Positions 48,354-62,371 are shown, counted from the stretch's first letter. The stretch is 64,000 nucleotides of DNA from Myxococcota bacterium (GCA_036229005.1 JAZAMN010000040.1:1-64000), one strand, 5' to 3'. The notes: a model not told the origin generated them from the letters alone. Numbers and translations are program-made.

Positions 48354-51300
48354 GTGACCCGCCTTCTCCCCTTGCTGGGCGTCTCCATGCTCAGCGCCCT
48401 CGCGGCCTGCTCCAGCAGCGTCCAGCTCCCCACCCCCCAGGCCACCTTGAGCCCGGAGGACCCCAGCACCCTGGACGCCCTGGAGCTCGAGGTCTCGGAG
48501 CCCACCGCGGCCGAGCTGGCCGAGACCACGGGTGGCGGCGGGCTGCGCGGGGACAGCGACGCGGAGCTTGGCACGGAGATCCGCTGGGAGCTGGACGGTG
48601 AGCCCCAGCCGGAGCTGGACGACAGCCTGAGCGTCCCCGCCGACGCGACCGTCAAGGGGCAGGTCTGGACGGCAAAGGTCAGCTTCGTGGGGGACGACAC
48701 TCAGGGGCCCACCACCGAGCTCAGCGTGACCATCCTCAACACCCCACCAGAAGCCGTGGTCACCGTCGAGGACACCGTCCCGGCGACCGACCAGGACATC
48801 GTGGCGACCGCCTCCGCGACCGACGTGGACGGAGACGAGGCGACCCTGAGCTACACCTGGACGGTGGACGGCGCAGAGACCGCCTGGGACACCGACACCA
48901 TCCCCGCCAGCGAGACCGCCAAGGGCCAGGTCTGGGAGGTCACCGTCGTGGCCAATGACGGGGAGGCCGACAGCGCCCCCGTGACCGCGACCGCCTCGGT
49001 GGCCAACGTGGCTCCCGATGTCCTCGCCGTCACCCTGACGCCCGCTGAGGTGTTCGAGACCAGCACGGTGCAGGCCGAGGTGGTGTGGGAGGATCTGGAC
49101 GGGGATCCGGTCTCCCTCTCCTATGCCTGGAGCGTGAACGGCGCCGTGGTCCTGGAGGGCGGCGACGCCTGGATCGACGGGGCGCTCTTCGACAAGGGGG
49201 ACACCCTGTCCGTGACCGTCACGCCCAACGACGGCTTCGTGGACGGCGCCCCGGTCAGCTCCGAGACCCTGACCGTCCAGAACAGCCTGCCCCTGCTCGC
49301 CGCGGCGACCATCGACCCCAGCACCCTGGTGGAGTCCAGCACCGCCTCCTGCCTGGCGACCGGCTGGGCGGATGACGACGGCGACAGCGAGGCCTACGAC
49401 ACCCGCTGGCTGGTCGACGGGGTCGAGGTGAGCAGCGCGGCCACCGCAGATGGCGCCCTCTTCTCCTACGGCCAGGAGGTCGTCTGCGAGCTGACCCCCT
49501 TTGACGGAGAGGCCTCCGGGGCCCCGGTCCAGTCCGCCGCCGTCACCGTCAGCAACACGCCCCCGGTGCTGGCCAGCGTGACCCTCTCCAACACGGCCCC
49601 CGCCGAGGGAGAGACCCTCTCCGTGACCCTGGGCGCGACCAGCGACGACGACGGGCACAGCGTGTCGGTGTCCTACGCCTGGTACGTGGACGGGGCCCTG
49701 GCCGGGAGCGACGCCACCCTGAGCAGCGCCAGCTTCGGCAAGGGCGAGGGCGTCTACGTGGTCGTGACCCCCAACGACGGCATCGAGGACGGCACCCCCG
49801 TGACCTCGGCCACCGCGACCGTGGTGAACACCGCGCCGACCCTGAGCGGCCTGAGCCTCAGCCCCAGCGCGCCCCAGACCGACGACACCCTCAGCGCCAG
49901 CCAGACCACCGCGGATGCGGACGGCGACGCCGTGAGCGTGACCTACGCCTGGACCGTGGACGGCGTGCTGCAGAGCGAGACCGGCGCGACCCTGGACCCC
50001 AGCCTGAGCGCCAAGGGACAGGTCGTCCAGGTCACCGCCACGCCCAACGACGGGGACACCGACGGCACCGCCTCTTCGGCCAGCGTGACCATCCTCAACA
50101 CGCCGCCCTCGATCACCTCCGCGGATCTGGACAGCAGCAGCGTGGACGAGTCCAGCACCCTGACCTGCTCCGCGAGCGGCTGGTCCGACGCGGACGGCGA
50201 CGCCGAAGGCTACAGCTACTCCTGGACCGCCGACGGGACCGAGGTCAGCACCAGCGCGACCATCACCGGGGCCGACTTCTCCAAGGGCCAGTCCCTGGTC
50301 TGCACCGTCACCCCGGACGACGGCGAGGACACCGGCACCGCGCTCAGCACCGCAGCGGTCGTGGTCGACAACAGCGCCCCCGTGCTCAGCGGCGTGACCC
50401 TGAGCGACACGAGCCCCGGCGAGGCCGACACCTTGACCTTCACCCTGGGGTCCTCCACCGACGCCGATGGGGACGCCGTCAGCTACACCTGGCGCTGGTT
50501 GGTCAACGGGGTCGAGGTCAGCACGGCCACCACCCTGACCGGCAGCGACTTCGACAAGGGCGACAGCATCGTCGTGGAGGTCACCCCCAACGACGGGACG
50601 GACGACGGCGCGACGGTGTACTCCGCGACCGCCACGGTCCAGAACACCCCGCCCAGCCTCATCTCCGTGAGCCTGGACAACAGCGCGCCCGCCACCAACG
50701 ACACCGTGTCCGCGGTGGTGTCCAGCAGCGACGCGGACGGCGACACCGTCACCTACACCTACGTGTGGACCGTGGACGGCAGCGTGGTCGCCGAGACGGG
50801 CGCGTCGCTGTCCGGGGCGACCTATTTCGACAAGGACCAGGTCATCGCGGTCACCGTCACCCCCAACGACGGGACCGACGACGGCACCACCGTGAGCAGC
50901 ACCACCGCCACGGTCGTGAACACGCCCCCGACCGCCCCCACCCTGGTCATCACCCCCAGCGATCCCGACGACAGCGATGCGCTGAGCTGCGAGATCGACA
51001 GCGCCAGCAGCGACGCGGACGGCGACACGGTCACCTACACGGCCACCTGGACCCAGAACGGCAGCGCGTTCTCCAGCGCGAGCACCACCACCTTCAGCGG
51101 CGACACCGTGGCGTCTACCCACACCGTCGACGGCGACGAGTGGATCTGCACCGTGGTCCCCAACGACGGCGACGACGACGGCAGCTCCGCCACCGCGTCT
51201 GTGGACATCGTCAACTGGGAGGGCGCCCGGGAGTTCACCACCTGTGGCGCCACCGGCTACGCCGGCCCCAGCCAGAGCGACTGCGACACCGACTACAGCG

Positions 51301-52052
51301 GCCTGACCCTCGAGGGCGAGGTCACCGTCTCCAGCGGCATCCAGTCCTGGACCGTGCCCACCACCGGCACCTACCTGATCGAGGCCTACGGCGCGCAGGG
51401 CGCCTCGGGTGACAGCAGCTACGTGGGCGGCCTGGGCGCGTACATGAGCGGCGAGTTCTCCCTCACCGCCGGTGACGTGCTCTACATCCTGGTCGGCCAG
51501 GAGGGCAGCGGCCAGAGCTCCGGCTCCAACGGCGGCGGCGGCGGCGGCTCCTTCGTCGTGACCAGCGCCGGCACGCCCCTGCTGGTCGCCGGTGGCGGCG
51601 GCGGAACGCGGACCTCGGTCTCCGACAACGGCTGCGACGCCTTGACCGGCGAATACGGCGGCGAGGGCTCCGCCAGCGGCATGACCGGCCTGTGCACCGC
51701 GACCGGCACGGTGGGCGACGGCGGCGCGGTCTCCGGCGGCTCCTGGGGCTCCGGCGGCGGCGGCTTCGACGGCGACGGTGACGCCGACTACACCCTGGGC
51801 GGCGGGTACGCCTACGTCAACGGCGGGCTCGGTGGCTACAACGCCTCCGGCTGCGGCGACACCGCTGTGGGCGGCTTCGGCGGCGGCGGCTCCGGCCAGG
51901 GCTGCTACGGCGGCGGCGGTGGCGGCGGCTACTCCGGCGGCGAGGGCGGCCGGGTCGCTGGCGGCGGCGGCTCCTACAACGCAGGCAGCAACCAGTCCAA
52001 CACAGCGGGCGTGCAGTCCGGCGACGGCGAGGTCGTGATCGACCTGCAGTGA
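48354..52052 (+). CDS. Giant surface lipoprotein with ~10 tandem Ig-like repeats and C-terminal Gly-rich (ALK/LTK-like) domain
   Basis: Lipobox LAAC; ~90-aa NTPP...DADGD...YTW.VDG...VTPNDG repeats; FTTCGATGYAGP...GIQSWTVP...GGGGGSF. Confidence 0.85.
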   Translation: MTRLLPLLGVSMLSALAACSSSVQLPTPQATLSPEDPSTLDALELEVSEPTAAELAETTGGGGLRGDSDAELGTEIRWELDGEPQPELDDSLSVPADATVKGQVWTAKVSFVGDDTQGPTTELSVTILNTPPEAVVTVEDTVPATDQDIVATASATDVDGDEATLSYTWTVDGAETAWDTDTIPASETAKGQVWEVTVVANDGEADSAPVTATASVANVAPDVLAVTLTPAEVFETSTVQAEVVWEDLDGDPVSLSYAWSVNGAVVLEGGDAWIDGALFDKGDTLSVTVTPNDGFVDGAPVSSETLTVQNSLPLLAAATIDPSTLVESSTASCLATGWADDDGDSEAYDTRWLVDGVEVSSAATADGALFSYGQEVVCELTPFDGEASGAPVQSAAVTVSNTPPVLASVTLSNTAPAEGETLSVTLGATSDDDGHSVSVSYAWYVDGALAGSDATLSSASFGKGEGVYVVVTPNDGIEDGTPVTSATATVVNTAPTLSGLSLSPSAPQTDDTLSASQTTADADGDAVSVTYAWTVDGVLQSETGATLDPSLSAKGQVVQVTATPNDGDTDGTASSASVTILNTPPSITSADLDSSSVDESSTLTCSASGWSDADGDAEGYSYSWTADGTEVSTSATITGADFSKGQSLVCTVTPDDGEDTGTALSTAAVVVDNSAPVLSGVTLSDTSPGEADTLTFTLGSSTDADGDAVSYTWRWLVNGVEVSTATTLTGSDFDKGDSIVVEVTPNDGTDDGATVYSATATVQNTPPSLISVSLDNSAPATNDTVSAVVSSSDADGDTVTYTYVWTVDGSVVAETGASLSGATYFDKDQVIAVTVTPNDGTDDGTTVSSTTATVVNTPPTAPTLVITPSDPDDSDALSCEIDSASSDADGDTVTYTATWTQNGSAFSSASTTTFSGDTVASTHTVDGDEWICTVVPNDGDDDGSSATASVDIVNWEGAREFTTCGATGYAGPSQSDCDTDYSGLTLEGEVTVSSGIQSWTVPTTGTYLIEAYGAQGASGDSSYVGGLGAYMSGEFSLTAGDVLYILVGQEGSGQSSGSNGGGGGGSFVVTSAGTPLLVAGGGGGTRTSVSDNGCDALTGEYGGEGSASGMTGLCTATGTVGDGGAVSGGSWGSGGGGFDGDGDADYTLGGGYAYVNGGLGGYNASGCGDTAVGGFGGGGSGQGCYGGGGGGGYSGGEGGRVAGGGGSYNAGSNQSNTAGVQSGDGEVVIDLQ

Positions 52053-52073
52053 TCCCCAGCGCTGATCTGGCGG

Positions 52074-52101
52074 GCCCCCTGGATCTCAGGATCCAGGGGG
52101 C
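52074..52101 (+). terminator. 12-bp stem hairpin after the surface protein gene
   Basis: GCCCCCTGGATC-TCAG-GATCCAGGGGGC followed by TCGTGCTTT. Confidence 0.65.
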
Positions 52102-52259
52102 TCGTGCTTTGGGGCTCCGAGATCCGTCCCACCAGCGGCCCAAAGGCGCAGCGGTGCAAGCAAAACGACCGATCTTGCACTCAAGTTTTCCGTGCCGCGG
52201 ACGGGGGGGGCGCGGTATGGTCGCGGCCATCCCAGCCATTCCCCACGCCCGGTGCCCCC

Positions 52260-54917
<2,658 letters not shown>

Positions 54918-56736
54918 GTCGGCCGCCCCGCGGGGCGCCACCGAGCGCAGCAAGTCCCCCTGGCTCCTCTGGGCCGGGGGGCTCCCGCTCTGGGCCGTGG
55001 GCTTTGTGCGGCAGCTCCCCGCACGCCATCACTGGCACGTGGACGACGACGTCAACAACCTGCGCTGGGCCATCGTGCACCGGCACGAGCCCTGGGTCGC
55101 GTTCACTGAGCTGACCCCCATGCACGGCCACGTGCGCCCGATGACCCTCTTCTCCCAGTGGGTCGGGGCCTGGCTGGGGAACGGCTCGTGGGAGGGGATC
55201 CACGCCGTCCACACCGCCCTGGGTGCCCTGGCCCTCCCCCTGCTGGCCGGCATCGCCTTCCATCGACGAGGTGCGGCGGTGGCCCTCCTCACTGCGCTGC
55301 TCTTTGTGCTCCAGCCCCCCCTGGGCGAGCTGCCCTGGTGGAACGCCTGGATGTGCACCGCCGGGGAGCTCGCCGCCGGACTGGGCGCCCTGCTGTGGCT
55401 GCAGCGGGACCTGGAGCGCTCCCGCTGGCCCATCGGCCCTGCCCTGCTGCTGGTGGTCTCGGGCGCGTTCAAGGAGCCCGGCTGGGTCGTGTATCCGCTG
55501 GTGGGCGCCGCCCTCGCCGCCAGCGCCCTGGCCAAGGCCCGCAGCCCCCAGCGCTGGGCCGCGCTCGCCCTCCCCCTGCTCGGCGCCGGCGGCCTCGCGC
55601 TGACCTACAGCCCGGAGAACGTCGCCCGCCTGGACCAGGGCAAGGGAGACTTCCTGCACGCCGTGGGGGACTGGCTCGCCCCCATCGTGGCTCCCGCCCC
55701 CGACCCCGTCGCCGGCCTGGCCCTGCCCGTGCCCCTGGTCGCCTTGGCGCTGCTCACCCGCATCGGCCTGCGGCCCCTTCACGCGGCGCTGGCCAGCCTC
55801 GCCATCTGGGGCGCCAGCCTGCACCATGAGGCGCGGGGTGCGCTGCTGCTCGTTCTCCTCGCTGGGGCCGGGATCTCAGAGATCTGGCGGCGCCAGGCGA
55901 GCCCGGGGGTGTGGCTGGCCATCCTGGGCATCGCGGTCATGCTCCCCTTCCCCTACCCCCACCCCGTTCAGGTCGCGGCTGGGCTCGCGGGCCTCTCCCT
56001 GCTGGTCGCCGAGTCGCTCTGGGGTCTGGCGGGGCGCCTGACGGTCCCCTGGCGCGCCGGGCTGGGGGCCTTCTGCCTGCTCACCCTGGTGGGCGCCGGC
56101 CTGCGGCAGCCCGAGCCCCTGGACGGTCCCTGGCCCCACCCCCAGGCCGCCCGCAGCCGCCAGAACTTCCTGGGCGCCCTGGCGACCGCGCAGGCCACGG
56201 GCGCGAGCGCGCTCTACGCCGAGGACGCCGCCGACCTCTGGGAGCTGGCCATCCTGGGGGGGATCCGCCGCAGCGCGCGCTCCGATGGGGGCAGCTTGTG
56301 GCTGGACGAGGTCATCCTGATCGACGCCCAGCCCCCCAGCGCCCCCGACCTGCTGGAGGGGCTCCAGTTCCCCCGTGAGCGCCTGGGCCGTCCGCGCCCC
56401 CCCGGCAGCGTGCCGCCCAAGGCCCCCGAGCTCGACCTGGCCCCCGGGACCTACCTGCTCGCCCTGGAGACCCCGGACGTGGCCAGCGCCGACGCCCTGG
56501 GGCTGGAGGCCACCGGCGACTGCGGACTCTGGCAGCTCCGCACCCGCAGCGAGGCCGGCGCCATCGGGACCCTGATGCTGCTCGACGCCCCCTGCACGGT
56601 CACGGTGCGCCGCGACCCCGGCGTGCCCGGCGTCCCGCACCTCTACACGCTCCAGCCCGCCCGACTGGACTTCCGGGGCCTGCCCGCGGCCTCGCCCAGC
56701 CCCCAACCGCCCCCGCCCAGGTAGGCTTGCCCTCCA

Positions 56737-58758
56737 GTGAAGCGCACTCCCCCCCTGCAGATCCTCCTGGCCGTGGCCCTCCCTCTGGCCTGCGCCCTGG
56801 GCCTGTTCGCCGAGGTCATCCCCAACATCGGCAGCCGCTTCGCCGGCATCGAGTACGTGGACCACTACGGCACCCAGTGGTTCTACTGGTTCGCCGAGCA
56901 GACGCTCCTGGGCGACGAGTCCGCCGTCCACACCGACCTGATGTTCTACCCCTTCGGCAAGGACATCTACGGCCACACCGGCGCCAACATCCTGGACGCC
57001 TACGTCGCCATCCCCTTCCGGCTGCTGCTGGGCAACGTCGCCGGCTACAACCTCTTCCTCATCCTCGGCATGCTCGCGGGCGGGGTGGCTGCGGGCCGCT
57101 TTGCCTGGGATCTCACCGGCGACTGGAAGGCCACCACCCTGGCCGGCCTGCTGCTGGTGCTCTCGCCCTGGGCCCTCTACGAGGCCGCTGAGGGCCGCCC
57201 CACCCAGGCCCTGCTCGCCCTGCCCATCCTCTTCCTGCACGCCGCCTGGGCCACCGGCACCCGCAGGGACTGGCGGGCCGCCGCGCTCGCCGGCATGTAC
57301 CTGGCGCTCACCGGCTACCAGTACTGGTTCTACGCCTTCTTCCTGGGCATGGCCGCGCTCATCCTGGGGATCTGGGCCACCTGGCGGCGCACCCGCGGCG
57401 CGGGCACCTGGTGGGAGATCCTGTCGCGCTACGCCTTGGCCGGCGGACTGGCCATCGTCATGGCCGCCCCGGGCGCGCTCCCCATGCTCCTGGCCACCAG
57501 CGGCACCGAGGCCGAGATCCCCGGTCTGCTGCACGTGGAGATCTGGGACTGGCGGGCCACCCCGCCCCTGACAGACGAAGGCCAGCTCATCGGCATCTTC
57601 AACTGGCAGCCCCTGCGGCGGGCCGCCGGCTTCTACGTCACGGACATGAAGGGCACCGAGCGCTTCCTGACCCGCACCACCCTCACCCCCTGGCTCACCC
57701 TGGTCTTCCTGGGATTGTGGGCCTGGAAGCCCGGCAAGCTGGAGCGCGCCCCCATCCTGGCCATCCTGGCGCTGTGCGTCGTGCTCGCCACCGGCCCCTT
57801 GATCCTGGCCGGCCGCAGCCTGATCCCCAACCCCATCTACATCTTCCTGGCCAAGCACATCGGCTTCTTCCAGCGCCTGTGGTGGCCGGGCCGCGCCTAC
57901 GTACTGCTCACGCTGCTGGTGCCCTTCATCGGCGCGGTCGCCCTGACCTCGCTCCCGCAGAGGTTCCGCACGGTGGCGTGGGCCATCGCGTGTCTGGGGT
58001 GGACCGGGGAGCTCGCGCTCCAGAAGCACTACCCCTTCGAGACCTGGAACGCGTACATCCCCGCCGGCTACCGCTGCCTGGCCGGTGGCTCCGAGGGCGC
58101 CGTGCTGGAGCTGCCCTACAACTTCACCCAGGCGCACCTCTACTACCAGACCGCCCACGGGCGCCCCATCTTTGGCGGCATGCTGGAGAACAACAAGGTC
58201 TTCACGCCCAAGGGCACCGCCGATCTGCTCAAGAACAACACCGTGCTGATCGGCCTGCGGGACCCCAGCGCGTTCTACGACGCCGACTTCGAGCTGCTGC
58301 CCGAAGACCTGGTCGAGATGGAGCGGCTGGGCTTCTCCTACGTGCTCCTGCAGAAGGACGCCTTCCTCCAGCCCGAGCTCCGCGAGGTCGACCCCCGGGC
58401 CGCCGCCGCCGTGCGCTCCCGCTCCCGCAACAACGAGCGCAGCCTGCGCTCCACCCTGGGCCTGCCCGTCTACTCCGACGCCCGCGTCTCGCTCTACACC
58501 CTGGGCGACGCGCTGCCCCCCTGCGACCAGAAGGCCTGGGAGACCGACTCCGAGGTCACCGGCAAGACCGAGGTCGACCCCATCCCCAAGGAGGTCGCCG
58601 ACCTGGAGTCCCAGATCGTCAGCCGCCCCTTCCCGCCCCTGGAGAAGCTCAAGCTCATGAAGCTCTCCGTGCAGCTCGGCATCGAGGCGGGCCTGTCCCC
58701 CGACGACGTCGAGATCGCCGACACCGCCGACACCGGCGGGGAAGAGGAGGAGGAGTGA
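56737..58758 (+). CDS. Polytopic membrane protein, GT-C/YfhO-like, paralog A
   Basis: VDHYGTQWFYW, FYPFGKDIYGHTGANILDA, FQRLWWPGR, VLELP, YYQTAHGRPIFGG. Confidence 0.75.
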   Translation: MKRTPPLQILLAVALPLACALGLFAEVIPNIGSRFAGIEYVDHYGTQWFYWFAEQTLLGDESAVHTDLMFYPFGKDIYGHTGANILDAYVAIPFRLLLGNVAGYNLFLILGMLAGGVAAGRFAWDLTGDWKATTLAGLLLVLSPWALYEAAEGRPTQALLALPILFLHAAWATGTRRDWRAAALAGMYLALTGYQYWFYAFFLGMAALILGIWATWRRTRGAGTWWEILSRYALAGGLAIVMAAPGALPMLLATSGTEAEIPGLLHVEIWDWRATPPLTDEGQLIGIFNWQPLRRAAGFYVTDMKGTERFLTRTTLTPWLTLVFLGLWAWKPGKLERAPILAILALCVVLATGPLILAGRSLIPNPIYIFLAKHIGFFQRLWWPGRAYVLLTLLVPFIGAVALTSLPQRFRTVAWAIACLGWTGELALQKHYPFETWNAYIPAGYRCLAGGSEGAVLELPYNFTQAHLYYQTAHGRPIFGGMLENNKVFTPKGTADLLKNNTVLIGLRDPSAFYDADFELLPEDLVEMERLGFSYVLLQKDAFLQPELREVDPRAAAAVRSRSRNNERSLRSTLGLPVYSDARVSLYTLGDALPPCDQKAWETDSEVTGKTEVDPIPKEVADLESQIVSRPFPPLEKLKLMKLSVQLGIEAGLSPDDVEIADTADTGGEEEEE

Positions 58759-60719
58759 GGGAGCGGGCCGAGTGGCTGGCTGCCGTCCTCACCCCTCTGG
58801 CGGCCTTTGTGTTCCTCACCCGCGCAGTGCTGGGTCGCATCGGCGAGGAGTTCGTTGGCGTGGAGCACGTGGACCACTACGGCACGCAGTGGTTCTACTG
58901 GTACGCCAAGGAGGTCCTGGCCGGCCGCCAGGACATCGACCACGCCACCCTGCTGTTCGCGCCCTACGGCAAGGACATCTACGGGCACACCGGCGCCAAC
59001 CTGCTGGACGCCTTCCTGTCCGTGCCCTTCACGGCGCTGTTTGGGCAGGTGCTGGGCTACAACCTCTTCGTGCTGGGCGGCATGCTCGCCACCGCCGCGC
59101 TGGGGGGCTGGCTCTTCTTCCGACTCCAGGGCGACCGCCTGGGCGCCGGAGTGGTCGCCACCCTGACCCTGCTGGGCCCCTGGCCCCTGACCGAGCTGGC
59201 CGAGGGCCGCCCCACCCAGGCCATCCTGCTGCTGCCCCTGGGCTTTCTGGGCGCGTTGATGGCGCTGACCCAGCAGGCCCGCCAGGGCAGCTCGCGGAAG
59301 GGCTGGATGCTGGCGGTGGCGGCGGGGGTGCTGCTCGCCCTCACCGGCTATCAATACTGGTACTACGCCCTCTTCTGCGGACTGGCCGCCTTCGCGTTCG
59401 GGCTGGGGGCGCTCGCACAGGGTCCCCACCGACTCCGCCTGCTGGGCCAGCTCGCCCTGGCCGCCGGAGTGGCCCTGGTCCTGGCCCTGCCCGCCGCCAT
59501 CCCCATGCTGCAGGCCACCGACACCGGGCAGGTCGCCGGGCTGCTGCACACCCAGGTCTGGAGCAACCGCTACACCCCGCTGATCACCAACGAGGGCACG
59601 CTGATCGGCCTCTACACCTGGCAGCCCCTGGCCCGGACCGCCGGCTTCTTCTTCTCCAACTCCGAGGGCCAGGACATGTTCCTGGCGCGCACGCCGCTGA
59701 TGCCCCTGGTGACCCTGCCCGTGGTGGGGCTGGCCCTGTGGCGCCCCGGCAAGCTGCCGCGCTGGGCGCTGCTGGCCTCCTGCCTGGTACTGGTGCCCAT
59801 CGCCATCGGCCCCAGCCTGCTCTACGACGGCGCGGTGCTCCCCAACCCGCCCTACATCTGGCTCGCCAAGCAGCTCGGGCTGGTCCAGCGCCTGTGGTGG
59901 CCGGTGCGCTCCACCGCCTGGTTCGCCCTGGTGCTCCCGATGGCCGGCGGGCTGGCCGTGGCCGCGAGCACCTGGCGCTGGTGGGCCCGCTGGGTGGCCG
60001 CCGCGCTGATCCCCCTGGCCTGGATCGGGGAGCTGCACGCGCTGGGACTCACCAGCCTGACCTCGTGGGCGCCAGACGTCCCCGCTGGGTATGTCTGCCT
60101 GGCCGAGGGTCCGAGCGGTGGGGTCGCTGAGCTCCCCTACCATCAAGCCCGCGTCCACATCTTCTACCAGACCCGGCACGGCCGCCCGATGCTGGGGGGC
60201 ATGCTCGAGGACCAGTGGGTGTTCACGCCCCAGGGCACCCGGGACCTGCTGCGGGACAACCTGGCCGCCAGGGCGCTGGCCGAGCCGCCGCTGTGGGGTC
60301 AGACGCCGGCGGGGGGCTTCGCGCCTGACCTGCAGGAGCTGCAGGCGCTGGGCTTCCGCTACTTTGTGCTCCAGAAGGACCAGATCGCCCAGGACATGGA
60401 GCCGCGGCTGGCGGAGATGCGCCTGCGCAAGCTGGAGTCGCAGCTCAGCGTGCACCTGGGCAGCCCGGTGTACTCGGACGCCCGCGTGGCCATCTTCGCG
60501 CCCTACGGCGACCCCGCCCCCTGTGACGTGAGCGCGCTGGAGCGGGACCGGGAGCGCCGCGGCCGCCGCGAGGTCGACCCCATCCGGGACAAGAGCAACG
60601 AGGTCCGGGGCCTGCAGACGGTCGTGCGGATCTGGGTCATCCCCAACAACAAGGAGGGGACCTCCCGCCTGATCAAGGACCTGCGCCGCAAGGCCGGTCT
60701 GCCGGCGAATGTCGAATGA
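58755..60719 (+). CDS. Polytopic membrane protein, GT-C/YfhO-like, paralog B
   Basis: GTGA overlap with GGAGG RBS; same motifs as paralog A (VDHYGTQWFYW, QRLWWP, FYQTRHGRPMLGG). Confidence 0.75.
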   Translation: MRERAEWLAAVLTPLAAFVFLTRAVLGRIGEEFVGVEHVDHYGTQWFYWYAKEVLAGRQDIDHATLLFAPYGKDIYGHTGANLLDAFLSVPFTALFGQVLGYNLFVLGGMLATAALGGWLFFRLQGDRLGAGVVATLTLLGPWPLTELAEGRPTQAILLLPLGFLGALMALTQQARQGSSRKGWMLAVAAGVLLALTGYQYWYYALFCGLAAFAFGLGALAQGPHRLRLLGQLALAAGVALVLALPAAIPMLQATDTGQVAGLLHTQVWSNRYTPLITNEGTLIGLYTWQPLARTAGFFFSNSEGQDMFLARTPLMPLVTLPVVGLALWRPGKLPRWALLASCLVLVPIAIGPSLLYDGAVLPNPPYIWLAKQLGLVQRLWWPVRSTAWFALVLPMAGGLAVAASTWRWWARWVAAALIPLAWIGELHALGLTSLTSWAPDVPAGYVCLAEGPSGGVAELPYHQARVHIFYQTRHGRPMLGGMLEDQWVFTPQGTRDLLRDNLAARALAEPPLWGQTPAGGFAPDLQELQALGFRYFVLQKDQIAQDMEPRLAEMRLRKLESQLSVHLGSPVYSDARVAIFAPYGDPAPCDVSALERDRERRGRREVDPIRDKSNEVRGLQTVVRIWVIPNNKEGTSRLIKDLRRKAGLPANVE

Positions 60720-62371
60720 GTCTGCCGGGTCGCTGGCGCACGCTGTCCGCGCTCGCGGTGGTGTTCACGCTGCTGCTGCACATGCGCTTTCTGAGCATGG
60801 ACACGCGGCTGCCGGCGGACCTGGGGCAGTACTTCGTGGCCCTGCCGGAGCTCTACCGGGCGCTCTTTGACGGCGCGCCCCTGGGCCCCGCCCTGAGCGA
60901 CACCTTCACGCGCCCCGGCGGCTGGTGGAACCTGGTCCTGGCCCTCTGGCTGGGGCTCACGGGCAAGACCTCGATGGCGTGGCAGCTCCTGGACCTGAGC
61001 GCCCTGGGCGTGCTGCTGGCTCTGTCCGGGAGCGTCGGCGACAAGGTGGGCCGGGGCCCCGGCCGCCTGGCCTTCACCCTGCTGGTCGCCGGCAACCCCA
61101 TGGTGCTCTTCGGCGCCCGCGCGACCTGGGTGCACCTGCACGAGGCCGTGCTGCTCATGGCCATGCTCCACCTCTGGCTGGACGACCTGCGCCTGGAGCG
61201 CCCGCGCAGCCTGTGGAGTCTGGGCCTCCTCGGCGCCCTGGCCATCGGACTGCGCCCCTCCGCGCTGCCCTGGCTGGGCACCCTGGGCCTGGGCATCGCC
61301 GTGGGCCGAGACGGCCAGCGCCCCTCCATCAAGCGCCTGGCCCTGCTCGCCGGCATCTGGCTGCTCGCCTGCGTCCAGCTCGCCCCCTACCTGCAGCGCT
61401 ACCTGGAGGCCAAGGCCGCCGCCCGCGACCGCTACGAGGCCCGCGTCCCCCAGCTCAGCCACCAGGCCGTCACCGCGCTGGGCCGCATGGCCTTCCCCCT
61501 CGCCCTGGGCGCGCTGGGCCTCAGCCTGCCCCTGGGCGGCCCCTTCGCCCCCCGCCGCGTCGACGGCCCCCGCCTGGTCGCCTACGCCTGGGTCCTGCTC
61601 CCCATCGGCCTCACCATCAGCTCCAAGGCCGGCCTGGACAACTTCTTCCCCCTGGCCCTGGGCCTGGGCTGGATGGCCGCCGACATCGCCGGGCGCTGGC
61701 GCTGGACCGTCCCCATCTGGGCCGCGCCCTACCTGCTCATGAGCCTGCCCCAGCTCCTGCCGCCCATGCCCAAGGACGGCCCCGTCGGCCAGTTCCTGGG
61801 CCGCAACGGCATCCCCATGGACTCGGGCCCCAACAGCCTCTACCGCCCCTACCGCGCCTTCTCCGCCCAAGAGACCCTGGAGCTCATCCAGGCGAGCTGC
61901 CCGGACCCCGGCCAGCCCTGCGATCTCGTCGTCGACCAGGGCCTCTTCTCCGCCTTCGGCGAGAGCTCCGGCGCCCTCCCCCTCTTCCTGGCCACCGACC
62001 AGCCCCTGCGCCTGGTCGAGCTCCGCAGCCCCGAGCTCCCCCCCGACCTGCAGCCCGCCGCGCTCGTGCACTGGCGCTGCGGCGCCGAAGACCCCCGCGA
62101 GCAGATGTGGCGGCAGCGCTGGCCCCACTCCCTCCGCGCCCTCACCGAGATGGGCCGGGAACACCAACTGGCCCTGGCGTGGAAGCGGGAGCTGGGGGAC
62201 TGCGAGCTGCAGTGGTACACCCCCCAGGGCCTGGTGATGGACCCCATGCTGTTGCCACACCCCGGCCCCGTCGAGGACAGGCTGAAGGTGGCCCCGGGTG
62301 CGGGCATGCAGGGCGTGAACCAGGACGGCCGACCGCGGCCCCGCCCCCGCGTGCCGGGGCAACAGAGGTAG
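60716..62371 (+). CDS. Polytopic membrane protein (GT-C-like) with soluble C-terminal region
   Basis: ATGA overlap; DTRLPAD after TM1; many hydrophobic segments. Confidence 0.6.
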   Translation: MSLPGRWRTLSALAVVFTLLLHMRFLSMDTRLPADLGQYFVALPELYRALFDGAPLGPALSDTFTRPGGWWNLVLALWLGLTGKTSMAWQLLDLSALGVLLALSGSVGDKVGRGPGRLAFTLLVAGNPMVLFGARATWVHLHEAVLLMAMLHLWLDDLRLERPRSLWSLGLLGALAIGLRPSALPWLGTLGLGIAVGRDGQRPSIKRLALLAGIWLLACVQLAPYLQRYLEAKAAARDRYEARVPQLSHQAVTALGRMAFPLALGALGLSLPLGGPFAPRRVDGPRLVAYAWVLLPIGLTISSKAGLDNFFPLALGLGWMAADIAGRWRWTVPIWAAPYLLMSLPQLLPPMPKDGPVGQFLGRNGIPMDSGPNSLYRPYRAFSAQETLELIQASCPDPGQPCDLVVDQGLFSAFGESSGALPLFLATDQPLRLVELRSPELPPDLQPAALVHWRCGAEDPREQMWRQRWPHSLRALTEMGREHQLALAWKRELGDCELQWYTPQGLVMDPMLLPHPGPVEDRLKVAPGAGMQGVNQDGRPRPRPRVPGQQR

